Notes under the pieces: generated by a model
Told to the model about the DNA's origin: nothing
Databases searched by the model: none
The model's input: only the letters and a program-made list of their open reading frames with translations
Shown here: positions 16,555 through 25,670 of the stretch, in pieces
Numbering within the stretch: position 1 is the first letter of the stretch
How the letters are laid out: the number at the start of each line of letters is the position of its first letter
Source of the DNA: an uncultured Clostridium sp.
GTDB lineage: Bacteria; Bacillota; Clostridia; TANB77; CAG-508
DNA length: 64,000 bases
Assembly (NCBI GenBank): GCA_947567695.1
Contig: CANONT010000002.1
Coordinates: 23,636-87,635, forward strand
Direction of reading: 5' to 3'
Translations under genes and position numbers: made by a program

Positions 16555-17955
16555 TTATAGTTCCTTTACTAATTTTTTAAACTGATTACCACGATCCGCA
16601 AAATCCTGAAACATATCGAAACTAGCACTTGCAGGAGAAAATAAAACAACGTTTCCTGATTTGGCTAATTTCTTTGCCAGTGTGACTGTTTGTGCTAAAC
16701 TTTCGCACATATAAATTGGCAAATCTTTCTTTTGATCTTCCAATTCTTGTTTCACTACATCAAAAATTTTACCCGAAGTCTGACCAATTAATAGCAATCC
16801 TTTTACTTTTTCTACGATGGGTTTAGCAAGAGGCTCATAATCCAAATTTTTATCATAGCCACCAGCAATCAATATAATATCTTCATCAAAAGCATTTAAA
16901 CCTGACAAAGTTCTAGTTGGAGATGAACTGGCAGAATCATTATACCATTTGACTTGATCCATTTCCCTAACCAATTCGATTCGATGTTCCACTGGTTTAA
17001 ATTCTTTGATAGCTTCCACAGCCTCTTCTAGTGTCACAAGAGTCTTGGTGGTAGCAATTGCTGTCGCTATATTTTCCAAATTATGGTTTCCACGTAAAAT
17101 CGCATCTTCTCCATTAAAAATATGTTTTCTAATTCTATCTTCACATTCTTTAATCACTCTGCCATCTACCATAAAGCCATTGTCTAATTTTTCTTTACGG
17201 CTAAAGAATATGACCTTTCCATTTGCCTGTTTCGCACAATTTTTGGTTATCTCATTATCATGATTTAAAATTAAAATACCATCCTCGTTTTGAAATTTAA
17301 AAATATTTTTCTTCGCTTCGATATATTCTTCATAATCTTTATGAATATTTAAATGGTTTGGTGTTATATTAGTAATAACTGCTATGTCTGGGCTGATTTC
17401 CATACCCATTAATTGGAAACTACTCAATTCCAATACAACAATATCTTCTGGCGTAATTTCTGAAAGCTTGGTAAATAATGGTATTCCTATGTTTCCACCT
17501 AAAAACACGCGATAGCCAGCTTTTTGCAAAATGCTAGCCACTAAACTAGTTGTGGTCGTTTTGCCATCACTTCCTGTTATTCCAATCATTTTGCAAGGAC
17601 ACATTTTCATCAACATTTCAATTTCAGTAGTAACAATTGCTCCCCTATTTTCTTCTTGTTGCAATTCAGGCTTTGTAGGCAAGCAACTTGGTGAACGGAA
17701 GATCATGTCAAATCCTTTTAATTTTTCTAAACAATTTTTACCGAAAGAAAATGCAAAACCATATGCAGTAATTTTGTCCATGATTTGCTTTGGAATATTT
17801 TCGATATTTCTTTCATCAAAAACCGTAACTCTTGCCTTTTTATCATACAGATCATCTAATAAAGGTAAGTTGCTAACGCCTAAACCTATGATAGCCACTT
17901 TTCTAAATTTTATGTATTCCTTAAATTCTTCTAATTTTTCATTTTTAAAACTCAT
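16555..17955 (-). CDS. murD: UDP-N-acetylmuramoyl-L-alanine--D-glutamate ligase
   Basis: Mur ligase motifs (IGITGSDGKTTTTSLVASIL; central LELSSFQL; NHLNIHKDYEEY). Start ATG at 17955 follows GGGAGG (the track ORF to 17973 includes the RBS). Confidence 0.85.
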   Translation of the reverse strand: MSFKNEKLEEFKEYIKFRKVAIIGLGVSNLPLLDDLYDKKARVTVFDERNIENIPKQIMDKITAYGFAFSFGKNCLEKLKGFDMIFRSPSCLPTKPELQQEENRGAIVTTEIEMLMKMCPCKMIGITGSDGKTTTTSLVASILQKAGYRVFLGGNIGIPLFTKLSEITPEDIVVLELSSFQLMGMEISPDIAVITNITPNHLNIHKDYEEYIEAKKNIFKFQNEDGILILNHDNEITKNCAKQANGKVIFFSRKEKLDNGFMVDGRVIKECEDRIRKHIFNGEDAILRGNHNLENIATAIATTKTLVTLEEAVEAIKEFKPVEHRIELVREMDQVKWYNDSASSSPTRTLSGLNAFDEDIILIAGGYDKNLDYEPLAKPIVEKVKGLLLIGQTSGKIFDVVKQELEDQKKDLPIYMCESLAQTVTLAKKLAKSGNVVLFSPASASFDMFQDFADRGNQFKKLVKEL

Positions 17956-18141
17956 ATTTTGCCTCCCATTCATTATATTCTTTTTCCTTTTTTTCGTTCT
18001 TTCTTCTTTTTCTTTGGACTAATTGAAATCATATGTTTTTCCCATTATATCTCAAATGGAAGAAAAAGACAAATTTCTAACCGTATATTTTTAAATTTTC
18101 TAGGAAACAATAAAATCGAAACTTGAATGGAGGTGCTTTTC

Positions 18142-18249
18142 ATGTCAAAGAAAAATAAAGAAAACCAAAACAATAATCAAAATAACAACAGAAACAATCA
18201 AAACAATAATAACAATGAAAAACAAAACAATAAAAACTGTAGATAACAA
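18142..18249 (+). CDS. small Asn/Gln-rich peptide (35 aa: MSKKNKENQNNNQNNNRNNQNNNNNEKQNNKNCR)
   Basis: Strong RBS GGAGGTG 6 nt upstream of the ATG. Immediately followed by an intrinsic terminator. 19 of 35 residues are N; ends NKNCR. Confidence 0.4.
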
Positions 18250-18253
18250 AAAA

Positions 18254-18288
18254 TTGCCAAAAAGGTTTGTCCCTTTTGGCAATTTTTT
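18254..18288 (+). terminator. rho-independent terminator after the small N-rich peptide gene
   Basis: Stem TTGCCAAAAAGG / CCTTTTGGCAA with loop TTTGTC, then TTTTTT. Confidence 0.55.
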
Positions 18289-18302
18289 GTTTCCCTCTGT
18301 TT

Positions 18303-18335
18303 TCCCCACTGGTTCTGGGATCAAATGGGGACATT
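18303..18335. repeat. ~33-bp repeat copy A (TCCCCACTGGTTCTGGGATCAAATGGGGACATT), immediately 3' of the NPD/FabK-like gene
   Basis: About 85% identical to 19615-19647. Contains CCCCA...TGGGG inverted ends. Confidence 0.45.
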
Positions 18336-18357
18336 TGCCTTTTTTTATTTATACTTA

Positions 18358-19419
18358 TCAAACTAAGCCCATGGTAAGTTCTTGCATTAATTCCTGTACA
18401 GAAACTAATTTATTCACTTTACCTACATTGCTTCCACAAAAAACTAAAGCTTTTTCCATGTTTCCCCTAACGGCATTCACTAGGGCTTTTGTAATACAAT
18501 AAGGAGCGTCCACTATGTTACAAGTTTTAATACATTGATAACATTTTTCAATTTTAGTTTTTTCCTTTTCGTTTTGTTTGATAAATTGATTATAAATGGC
18601 TCTACCTGGCATTCCCACAGGACTATTTATTATTTTAATATCTTTTTGTTCAGCTTGGATATAAGCTTTTTTAAATTCTTCAGAAGCATCACATTCGTAA
18701 GTAGTGACAAATCGAGTAGCCATTTGAACACCAGCTGCCCCCATGTCTAAGAATTTTTGAATATCTTGGTTGTCCCAAATTCCTCCTGCTGCAATAACAG
18801 GAATTTTCTTACCATTTTCTTTTTCGATTTCTTTCATGTATGCTACAATTTCTTTTGTAATATCTTCTAATTTGGGTTTTGCATGTTCTTCTAGTTCTTC
18901 TTTTTTGAAACCTAAATGTCCACCCGCTTCTGGTCCTTCAATTACAATCATATCTGGAATATAATTATATTTTTTGATCCAATGTTTTACAATTAATTTG
19001 CAACATCTAAGAGAAGAAACAATTGGTGCTATTTTTGTGTTAGATCCTTTTACATATTCTGGCAATTCCTTTGGAATACCTGCCCCTGAAATAATTAAAT
19101 CTATTTTGTTTTTAACACATTCTTTTACGATTTCTTTGTAATGATTTAAGGCTACCATAATATTAACTCCTAATATTTTATCATCTCCTGCAATTTTTCG
19201 TGCCATCTTTATTTCTTTCCCAATGGCTCTTAAATTGGCTTTCATCGGATTGGTGTTAAAATCTTCTTCTTGATATCCTATATTAGCTGTGGAAATGATA
19301 CCAATTCCTCCTTCTTTGCTAACGGCTCCTGCCAATTTATGTAAGGACACTCCTACTCCCATACCTCCTTGTATGATTGGATATTTAGATTGCTTATTTC
19401 CCACTTTTATACCTTCCAT
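18358..19419 (-). CDS. nitronate monooxygenase / NAD(P)H-dependent flavin oxidoreductase family protein (FabK-like)
   Basis: 353 aa. N-terminus YPIIQGGMGVGVS matches the family's N-terminal conserved block. The central IEGPEAGGHLG and later PVIAAGGI blocks are also characteristic of the NPD/FabK family. A C-terminal Cys cluster CYQCIKTCN is present. Confidence 0.7.
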   Translation of the reverse strand: MEGIKVGNKQSKYPIIQGGMGVGVSLHKLAGAVSKEGGIGIISTANIGYQEEDFNTNPMKANLRAIGKEIKMARKIAGDDKILGVNIMVALNHYKEIVKECVKNKIDLIISGAGIPKELPEYVKGSNTKIAPIVSSLRCCKLIVKHWIKKYNYIPDMIVIEGPEAGGHLGFKKEELEEHAKPKLEDITKEIVAYMKEIEKENGKKIPVIAAGGIWDNQDIQKFLDMGAAGVQMATRFVTTYECDASEEFKKAYIQAEQKDIKIINSPVGMPGRAIYNQFIKQNEKEKTKIEKCYQCIKTCNIVDAPYCITKALVNAVRGNMEKALVFCGSNVGKVNKLVSVQELMQELTMGLV

Positions 19420-19614
19420 ATTTTCCCTCCTATCTAGTTTGCGATACTAGGTTATCACTTCATCATTACTTTGTCAATTGTCGACCACCCTTTCTAAAAA
19501 ATATAAATTTTTGCTACTATGCTTTTATTTTAATCAAAATAGAAAAAACAAGTACCCTTTTAAAGATACTTGTTTTAATCTATTCCATTTTTCCTTATTG
19601 GATAACTCTGCTAT

Positions 19615-19647
19615 CCCCACTAGTTCCAAGATCAAATGGGATCATTT
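19615..19647. repeat. ~33-bp repeat copy B (TCCCCACTAGTTCCAAGATCAAATGGGATCATT), immediately 3' of pepC
   Basis: Pairs with 18303-18335. Both copies lie just downstream of the stop codon of a minus-strand gene. Confidence 0.45.
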
Positions 19648-20653
19648 TTAAAACGAATCTGCAATCTCAATTTCTATTGGCTTTTGCTCTAATAATTCCA
19701 ATTGAGCATTTGACAAATACTTTTTATCAATAACAATATTTAAAACAAATTCATCAAAATAATTATCATTCATAACATAATAGCCATTTACCTTCTCTTT
19801 GTCGCCCTTACTATCTTCTACTTTCCATCGTATCGGTTTATCATCAACCAAATGAACCCCGCAAAAAGTCATACAATGATCTAGCCAAATAGCATTAGTA
19901 TCTAGTGCTTCCTTTTTATCCAATGGCTTAAAATCTAACATTTCTTTATAATCATATAGTCTTAAATCTAATACACCTGATTTCTTATCTCTAAACTTTT
20001 TATGATAGATTCCTAGCCACACTGGAATTTTGTCTTTTAGTTGTTGAATCACTAATTGCTTTAAATCTTCAATTGGTAAATTGAGAAAAGTCACCTTACT
20101 TTTTTGATAAATATTTCCTAAATATTTTTTAGCATATATTTTGCCATATTGCTTATTATGCATTGGTAAATTTCCTATTGAAACAAAATCATTCAAATTC
20201 AAAGTTAAAAACTTATCTCTAAAAGATGTAGGCGTCATATTTTGATAGGATATTGTCTTCCAATTTTTATCCTTATATGCATAATCAAATGAAAATTTAG
20301 GTTCTCCTAATATTTTCGACAAAAGATTTTTCTAGTTTATCAAAAAATGCGATATAATTATCAGATAATGCTAAATCCATAATATCTATATTTAAGTTTT
20401 CAGCAATATTATGTTTAATGGTATTAATACCAGCAAAAATCCAACATCTATGACTATCTTTTTGATGATAACGCTTACTTTCTGGCCATTCAATATTAAA
20501 AATAGGCGGATTTTCTTGTATGACATCTTGGTTAATACATGCCTTTTCAAGCCCATATTGGGTGATTTTATCTTCGATTATTTTGTTTGCTTTATTTTTG
20601 TTATATTCTTTACTAAAATTATTAATTTGTTGTAAACTAATTTGATTATTCAT
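19648..20653 (-). pseudogene. pepC: aminopeptidase C (C1B peptidase, bleomycin-hydrolase family) split by a frameshift near 20300-20320
   Basis: The N-terminal piece 20297-20653 carries the catalytic-Cys block QKDSHRCWIFAG. The C-terminal piece 19648-20322 continues the family (KIPVWLGIYHKK...NAIWLDHCMTFCGVHLV). The two ORFs overlap by 26 nt in different frames, and both frames terminate within a few codons around TTGTCGAAAAT. Confidence 0.6.
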
Positions 20654-20667
20654 AAATAGATTTTCCT

Positions 20668-22419
20668 TTAAATGTGATATTTTTCTCTTGCTTGATAAGA
20701 GGTATGCAATAGCTTTTCAGCACGATCGCTTCCTGGCTTTTCTAAAAATTCCTGATAGATTTTTTTGACGACCGGATTTTCATGAGATTTACGAATGGTG
20801 CTTTTTTCGTCAATGCTATATAAGCTGTCTGCTCTAAGCTTTCTAACATCGATTTCAGAGCGTATTTTTGAGCTTTTAATTGGTTGCCCACCGCCCATGA
20901 CACATCCTCCTGGGCATGCCATAATTTCTACAAATTGATAGTCTGCTTTTCCTGTTTTAATTTCTTCTAGGATTTCTTTGGCATTGGCTAATCCACTTGC
21001 TGCTACTACTTTGATGTCTGTCCCTGCGATGTTGACAGTTGCTTTTTTGACGCCATCTCCCCCACGCACTTGTTTAAAATCTATTTTATCTAAATTTTTT
21101 CCTGTTAAGGTATCTTGTGCTGTACGCAAGGCTGCTTCCATAACACCACCAGTTGTTCCAAAAATAGTTGCTGCACCTGTTGCTTCTCCCATTGGATCAT
21201 CAAATTCGCTATCTTCTAATTTGGTAAACTCAATATTTGCCTGTTTAATCATACGAGAAAGTTCACGGGTAGTAATAACATTGTCGACATCATAAAGTCT
21301 GTCATTTTTCATTTCTGCCCTTTGACGTTCAAATTTTTTGGCTATGCATGGCATAACAGATACCACATAAATTTTTTCTGGGTCAATTCCTTCTTTTTGG
21401 GCATAATAGGTTTTTAATAAAGCTCCAAACATTTGATGTGGCGATTTACAGGTTGATAGATGTGGCAATAGTTCTGGGTAATTCATTTCGATGTATTTTA
21501 CCCAACCTGGGCTACAAGATGTAATCATTGGTAAATGCTCTTGTTCTTGAAATCTTTCGATGAATTCGTTGGCTTCTTCCATAATCGTAAAGTCTGCCCC
21601 TGTGTTGGTGTCAAATACTTTGTCAAAACCTAATCTTTTTAAAGAAGTTACCATTTTGCCTGTCACATTACTACCAATTGGCATGTCAAATTCTTCCCCT
21701 AGTGCTACTCTGACAGCTGGTGCTGTTTGTGCAATGACATAAGTATCTGGGTCTTTTAGTTTGATCCATGCATCATCAATGGTTTCTTTTTCATGTAAAG
21801 CTCCTGTTGGACAAGCTTCGATACATTGCCCACAATTGGTACAGTTGACATCATTTAGACTATGATCACCAACTGTTGAGATACAAGATTCAAATCCTCT
21901 GTTAATACAGTCAATGGCTCCAATTTCTTGTACATTTTTACAGGCTGCTACACATCTTCTACATAAGATACATTTATTGAAATCTCTTACGATAGATGGT
22001 GATAAGTCATCGATTTTGTGCTCTGCTCTTTCTCCTTCAAATTCTACTTTTGAAATATTGAATTTAGTGGCCAGATTTTGTAGTTCGCAATTTCCAGAAC
22101 GTGTACAGGTTAGACAGTCTTTGGCATGATTGGATATGATTAGGTCTAGTATGACATGCCTTGCTTCCAACACGTTTTGGGTGTTGGTATGTACGACCAT
22201 TCCTTCTTCGACGGTTTGAATGCAAGAAGTAGCAAATCCTCTTCTGCCTTCTACTTCGACGATACACATTCTACAGTCGCCTACTTCGTTGATGTCTTTT
22301 AGGAAGCATAGGGTTGGTATGTCAATTCCTGCTTGCTTGGCTGCTTGTAATATGGTGGTTCCTTTTTTTACTTTTACTTCTTGGTCATCTATGGTTAGGG
22401 TTACAAGATTTTTTTCCAT
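20668..22419 (-). CDS. hydA: [FeFe]-hydrogenase catalytic subunit (HydA, NADH-dependent trimeric type)
   Basis: N-terminal 2Fe-2S ferredoxin fold (CRMCIVEV). 4Fe-4S Cys clusters (CILCRRCVAACK, CTNCGQCIEACP). H-cluster motifs TSCSPGW, MPCIAKK, EIMACPGGCVMGGGQP. Confidence 0.85.
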   Translation of the reverse strand: MEKNLVTLTIDDQEVKVKKGTTILQAAKQAGIDIPTLCFLKDINEVGDCRMCIVEVEGRRGFATSCIQTVEEGMVVHTNTQNVLEARHVILDLIISNHAKDCLTCTRSGNCELQNLATKFNISKVEFEGERAEHKIDDLSPSIVRDFNKCILCRRCVAACKNVQEIGAIDCINRGFESCISTVGDHSLNDVNCTNCGQCIEACPTGALHEKETIDDAWIKLKDPDTYVIAQTAPAVRVALGEEFDMPIGSNVTGKMVTSLKRLGFDKVFDTNTGADFTIMEEANEFIERFQEQEHLPMITSCSPGWVKYIEMNYPELLPHLSTCKSPHQMFGALLKTYYAQKEGIDPEKIYVVSVMPCIAKKFERQRAEMKNDRLYDVDNVITTRELSRMIKQANIEFTKLEDSEFDDPMGEATGAATIFGTTGGVMEAALRTAQDTLTGKNLDKIDFKQVRGGDGVKKATVNIAGTDIKVVAASGLANAKEILEEIKTGKADYQFVEIMACPGGCVMGGGQPIKSSKIRSEIDVRKLRADSLYSIDEKSTIRKSHENPVVKKIYQEFLEKPGSDRAEKLLHTSYQAREKYHI

Positions 22420-22496
22420 TGTTTTCCTCCTTCATAACTTTTTTATTTATCATAATTTTAAAAAGAATAGTTATATTGCTAGGCGGATTGTATGAA

Positions 22497-22560
22497 AAAG
22501 GTAAAGGAGCATATGTTTATATGTGACTGCGTTTTTCATACAATCCAACAACGCAAGATG
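22497..22560. other. long hairpin in the hydB-hydA intercistronic region (15-bp stem GGATTGTATGAAAAA / TTTTTCATACAATCC, ~32-nt loop)
   Basis: GGATTGTATGAAAAAGGTAAAGGAGCATATGTTTATATGTGACTGCGTTTTTCATACAATCC lies within the operon between two co-directional genes. Confidence 0.4.
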
Positions 22561-22580
22561 GCTATTATTTTTAAAATTTA

Positions 22581-24437
22581 TCATCCAATCGCTTTAAAAG
22601 GACAACTCAATAAACACGTTCCGCACTTAATACACTTATCTTGATTAATCACTCTTTTTTCTCTAGCTTGACCTTCAATTGCCTCAACAGGGCAAGATTT
22701 CTGGCATAAGCCACAACCCTTACATTTTTCTTCGTTAATAGTAATCTTTGACATAGCCTTACATTCCAAAGCCCTACATTGATGATCCACAGCATGTTCC
22801 TTAAATTCTTCTCTAAAATAGCGTAACGTACTAACAACTGGATTTGGTGCACTCTGACCCAATCCGCAGATACTTGCTTTTTGAATATTAGAAGCTAATT
22901 TTTCCAGTTTATAAATATCCCATTCGGAACCTTTTCCATTACATAACTTTTCTAAAATCTCATGCATTCTTTTGGTTCCGATACGACAAGGGGTACATTT
23001 TCCGCAACTTTCACTTACCGTAAATTCTAAATAAAATTTAGCAAGTGAAACCATACATTTTGTGTCGTCCATTACAATGAGTCCACCAGACCCCATCATA
23101 GAGCCAATTTCCTTTAAAGACTCATAATCAATCGGAGTATCTAAATGTTCTTTTGGAATACAACCACCAGAAGGGCCACCCGTTTGGGCTGCTTTAAAAT
23201 CTCTACCATTTGGAATGCCTCCTCCGATGTCATATACAATCTCACGTAAAGTAGTTCCCATAGGCACTTCAACTAATCCAATATTATTAACATTTCCACC
23301 TAAAGCAAACACCTTGGTTCCTTTTGAGTTTTCCGTTCCAATCGAAGAATACCATTTGCTACCTTTTAAAATAATTTGTGCAATATTGGCATAAGTTTCT
23401 ACATTATTAATTAAAGTTGGTTTGCCCCATAGCCCAGAAGTAGCTGGATATGGTGGTTTTACTCTTGGCTGACCACGTTTTCCTTCAATTGACTCTAATA
23501 AGGCTGTTTCTTCCCCACAAACAAAAGCTCCTGCTCCTAGACGAATTTCAATATCAAAAGCAAAATCGGTATCAAATATGTGATTTCCTAATAAGCCATA
23601 ATCTCTGGCTTGGTCAATTGCAATTTGTAAACGTTTTACCGCAATGGGATATTCTGCTCTAACATAAATAAAACCTTTGTTAGCACCAATGCAATAAGCA
23701 GCAATCGCCATAGCCTCTAACACAGCATGAGGATCTCCTTCTAAAATACTTCTGTCCATAAAAGCCCCTGGGTCACCTTCATCTGCATTACATACAACAT
23801 ATTTCTGCTTTCCTTCCGAAGCTTTGGTTATCTCCCACTTTTTACCAGTTGGGAAACCAGCACCACCTCTACCACGAATACCAGATTTCTTAATTTCCTC
23901 AATGACTTCATCTGGTGTCATTTCTGTCAACACTTTCTCTAGGGCTTGATAACCATCAAAGGCAAGATATTCGTCGATTTCTTCTGGATTAATGACGCCA
24001 CAATTTTTCAAAGCAATTCTCTTTTGCTTTTTGTAAAAATTCAAATCATCTAAACTGTTGACCCTTGTACCGTCAATATCTTTAGCCAACAATCTTTCTA
24101 CCTTATTACCTTCTACAATGTGAGTTTGGATGATCTCTTGACAATCCTCTGGTTTCACCATCGCATAAAAAGTATCTTCTGGTCGAATAATTACAATCGG
24201 TCCTTTCGCACATAAACCAAAACAACCTGTTTTAATTACTCTAACATTCTCAATTTGTTTTTCCTTTAAAATTCTCTTAAACTCTTCTAGGATTTCTGGT
24301 GATTTAGAAGAAGTGCAACCTGTTCCTTGACAGACTAAAATGTGCTTTTCTCTCGTATCTGCTTTGGTATTCACTCGTAAATCTAATTCTTTTCTTTTCT
24401 CTTCTCTTATTTGGTGAAGTTCTTGTATCGTTTTCAT
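22581..24437 (-). CDS. hydB: hydrogenase NADH-binding flavoprotein subunit (HydB, NuoF-like)
   Basis: 618 aa. N-terminal thioredoxin-like 2Fe-2S region; 51-kDa-type core (GRGGAGFPTGKKW, ADEGDPGAFMDR, SCGKCTPCR). C-terminal 2x[4Fe-4S] ferredoxin motifs (CKGCGLCQKSCP, CIKCGTCLLSCP). Confidence 0.85.
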   Translation of the reverse strand: MKTIQELHQIREEKRKELDLRVNTKADTREKHILVCQGTGCTSSKSPEILEEFKRILKEKQIENVRVIKTGCFGLCAKGPIVIIRPEDTFYAMVKPEDCQEIIQTHIVEGNKVERLLAKDIDGTRVNSLDDLNFYKKQKRIALKNCGVINPEEIDEYLAFDGYQALEKVLTEMTPDEVIEEIKKSGIRGRGGAGFPTGKKWEITKASEGKQKYVVCNADEGDPGAFMDRSILEGDPHAVLEAMAIAAYCIGANKGFIYVRAEYPIAVKRLQIAIDQARDYGLLGNHIFDTDFAFDIEIRLGAGAFVCGEETALLESIEGKRGQPRVKPPYPATSGLWGKPTLINNVETYANIAQIILKGSKWYSSIGTENSKGTKVFALGGNVNNIGLVEVPMGTTLREIVYDIGGGIPNGRDFKAAQTGGPSGGCIPKEHLDTPIDYESLKEIGSMMGSGGLIVMDDTKCMVSLAKFYLEFTVSESCGKCTPCRIGTKRMHEILEKLCNGKGSEWDIYKLEKLASNIQKASICGLGQSAPNPVVSTLRYFREEFKEHAVDHQCRALECKAMSKITINEEKCKGCGLCQKSCPVEAIEGQAREKRVINQDKCIKCGTCLLSCPFKAIG

Positions 24438-24482
24438 TCCATTCCTCCTTATAGACCATGATTTTTTCCTCCGTCCCCAAAA

Positions 24483-24989
24483 TCATGGTTTCATTAACTC
24501 ATCTAAAACTTGGTCTAATTTTTGAACGGTTGCTTTTCCATAGACTTCGCCATTTACGGTAAAGACTGGTGCTAAGCCACAAGCTCCTACACATCTTGTT
24601 TCTTCAATGGAAAATAAGCCATCTTCTGTTGTTTCTCCTGTTTGTATGTTTAGTCTTTCTAGTAATCGGTCTAGTATTTTTTGCGAACCTTTCACATAGC
24701 AAGCGGTTCCCATACATACGGATATATTATATTTTCCCTTTGGTTTTAATGAAAATCTTGAATAAAAAGTAACAACTCCATATATTTCTGCCATTGGGAT
24801 GGATAAAAATTCGGATAAGTCTTTTTGAACCTCCATTGGAACATAGCCATAGTGTTCTTGAATTTCGTTTAACATTTGAATTAAATTGTCTTTGATTGGT
24901 TGATATTCTGCAAAAAGTTGCTCGATAAATTGGTCTTTTTTGTTCTCGCTACCACAACATTTTTTATCTATATTTTCGTTTTCATGCAT
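24483..24989 (-). CDS. hydC: hydrogenase 2Fe-2S thioredoxin-like subunit (HydC, NuoE-like)
   Basis: 168 aa with the NuoE-family Cys pattern (CMGTACYVKGS...CVGACGLAPV). First gene of the hydCBA operon. RBS AAAGGAGGAAAAA. Confidence 0.8.
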   Translation of the reverse strand: MHENENIDKKCCGSENKKDQFIEQLFAEYQPIKDNLIQMLNEIQEHYGYVPMEVQKDLSEFLSIPMAEIYGVVTFYSRFSLKPKGKYNISVCMGTACYVKGSQKILDRLLERLNIQTGETTEDGLFSIEETRCVGACGLAPVFTVNGEVYGKATVQKLDQVLDELMKP

Positions 24990-25166
24990 ATTTTTTTCCT
25001 CCTTTAATAATATGTATTAAGTCATTACCTGAATTATATCAAAGTGACCTTTTTTATACAATGGTTTTTGGAAATTTTGTATGTTTTGTCATTTTTTGTT
25101 TTTTTATTGACTTTTTTGAAAAAAAGTGTAAAATATAATTACATAAAAATAAAAGGAGGATTTATT

Positions 25167-25649
25167 ATGGGATCTAATTATTACACAAGTAGTAGTTACT
25201 ATTCTAACTATGATCCAGATGCAATTGCAGCTGCTACAACAGTATTTGCTGGTGCTTTAGTTGTTTACAGTATTATTGTTTTGGCAATTGCTATTGTTCA
25301 AATCATAGCAATGTGGAAAATCTTTACTAAGGCTGGAGAAAAAGGTTGGAAAGCTATTATTCCAATTTACAATGCTGTCATCTTATTCAAAATTTCTGGT
25401 CTTTCACCTTGGTTAATTCTAGTATACTTAGCCGTTATCATTCCATTTGTTGGTTGGATTGCTGGTATTGCTTTAACTGCTGTACTATGCTATAAACTAG
25501 CTAAGTCATTTGGTAAAGATGCTGGTTGGGCTGTTGGTCTTTACTTCTTAGCACCTATCTTCTATATGATTTTAGGTTTTGGTAAATCTGAATATGTTGG
25601 ACCAGCAGGTGAAACAGCAACAGTCGAAGCTACTGCAGATGCTGAATAA
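25167..25649 (+). CDS. hypothetical membrane protein (DUF5684-like, W/G-rich TM helices)
   Basis: RBS AAAGGAGGA 7 nt before the ATG at 25167. 3-4 TM helices with a repeated IAMWKIFTKAGEKGWKAIIPIYN-type pattern. Confidence 0.5.
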   Translation: MGSNYYTSSSYYSNYDPDAIAAATTVFAGALVVYSIIVLAIAIVQIIAMWKIFTKAGEKGWKAIIPIYNAVILFKISGLSPWLILVYLAVIIPFVGWIAGIALTAVLCYKLAKSFGKDAGWAVGLYFLAPIFYMILGFGKSEYVGPAGETATVEATADAE

Positions 25650-25670
25650 ATAAAATGGAAAAAGAAGGTT

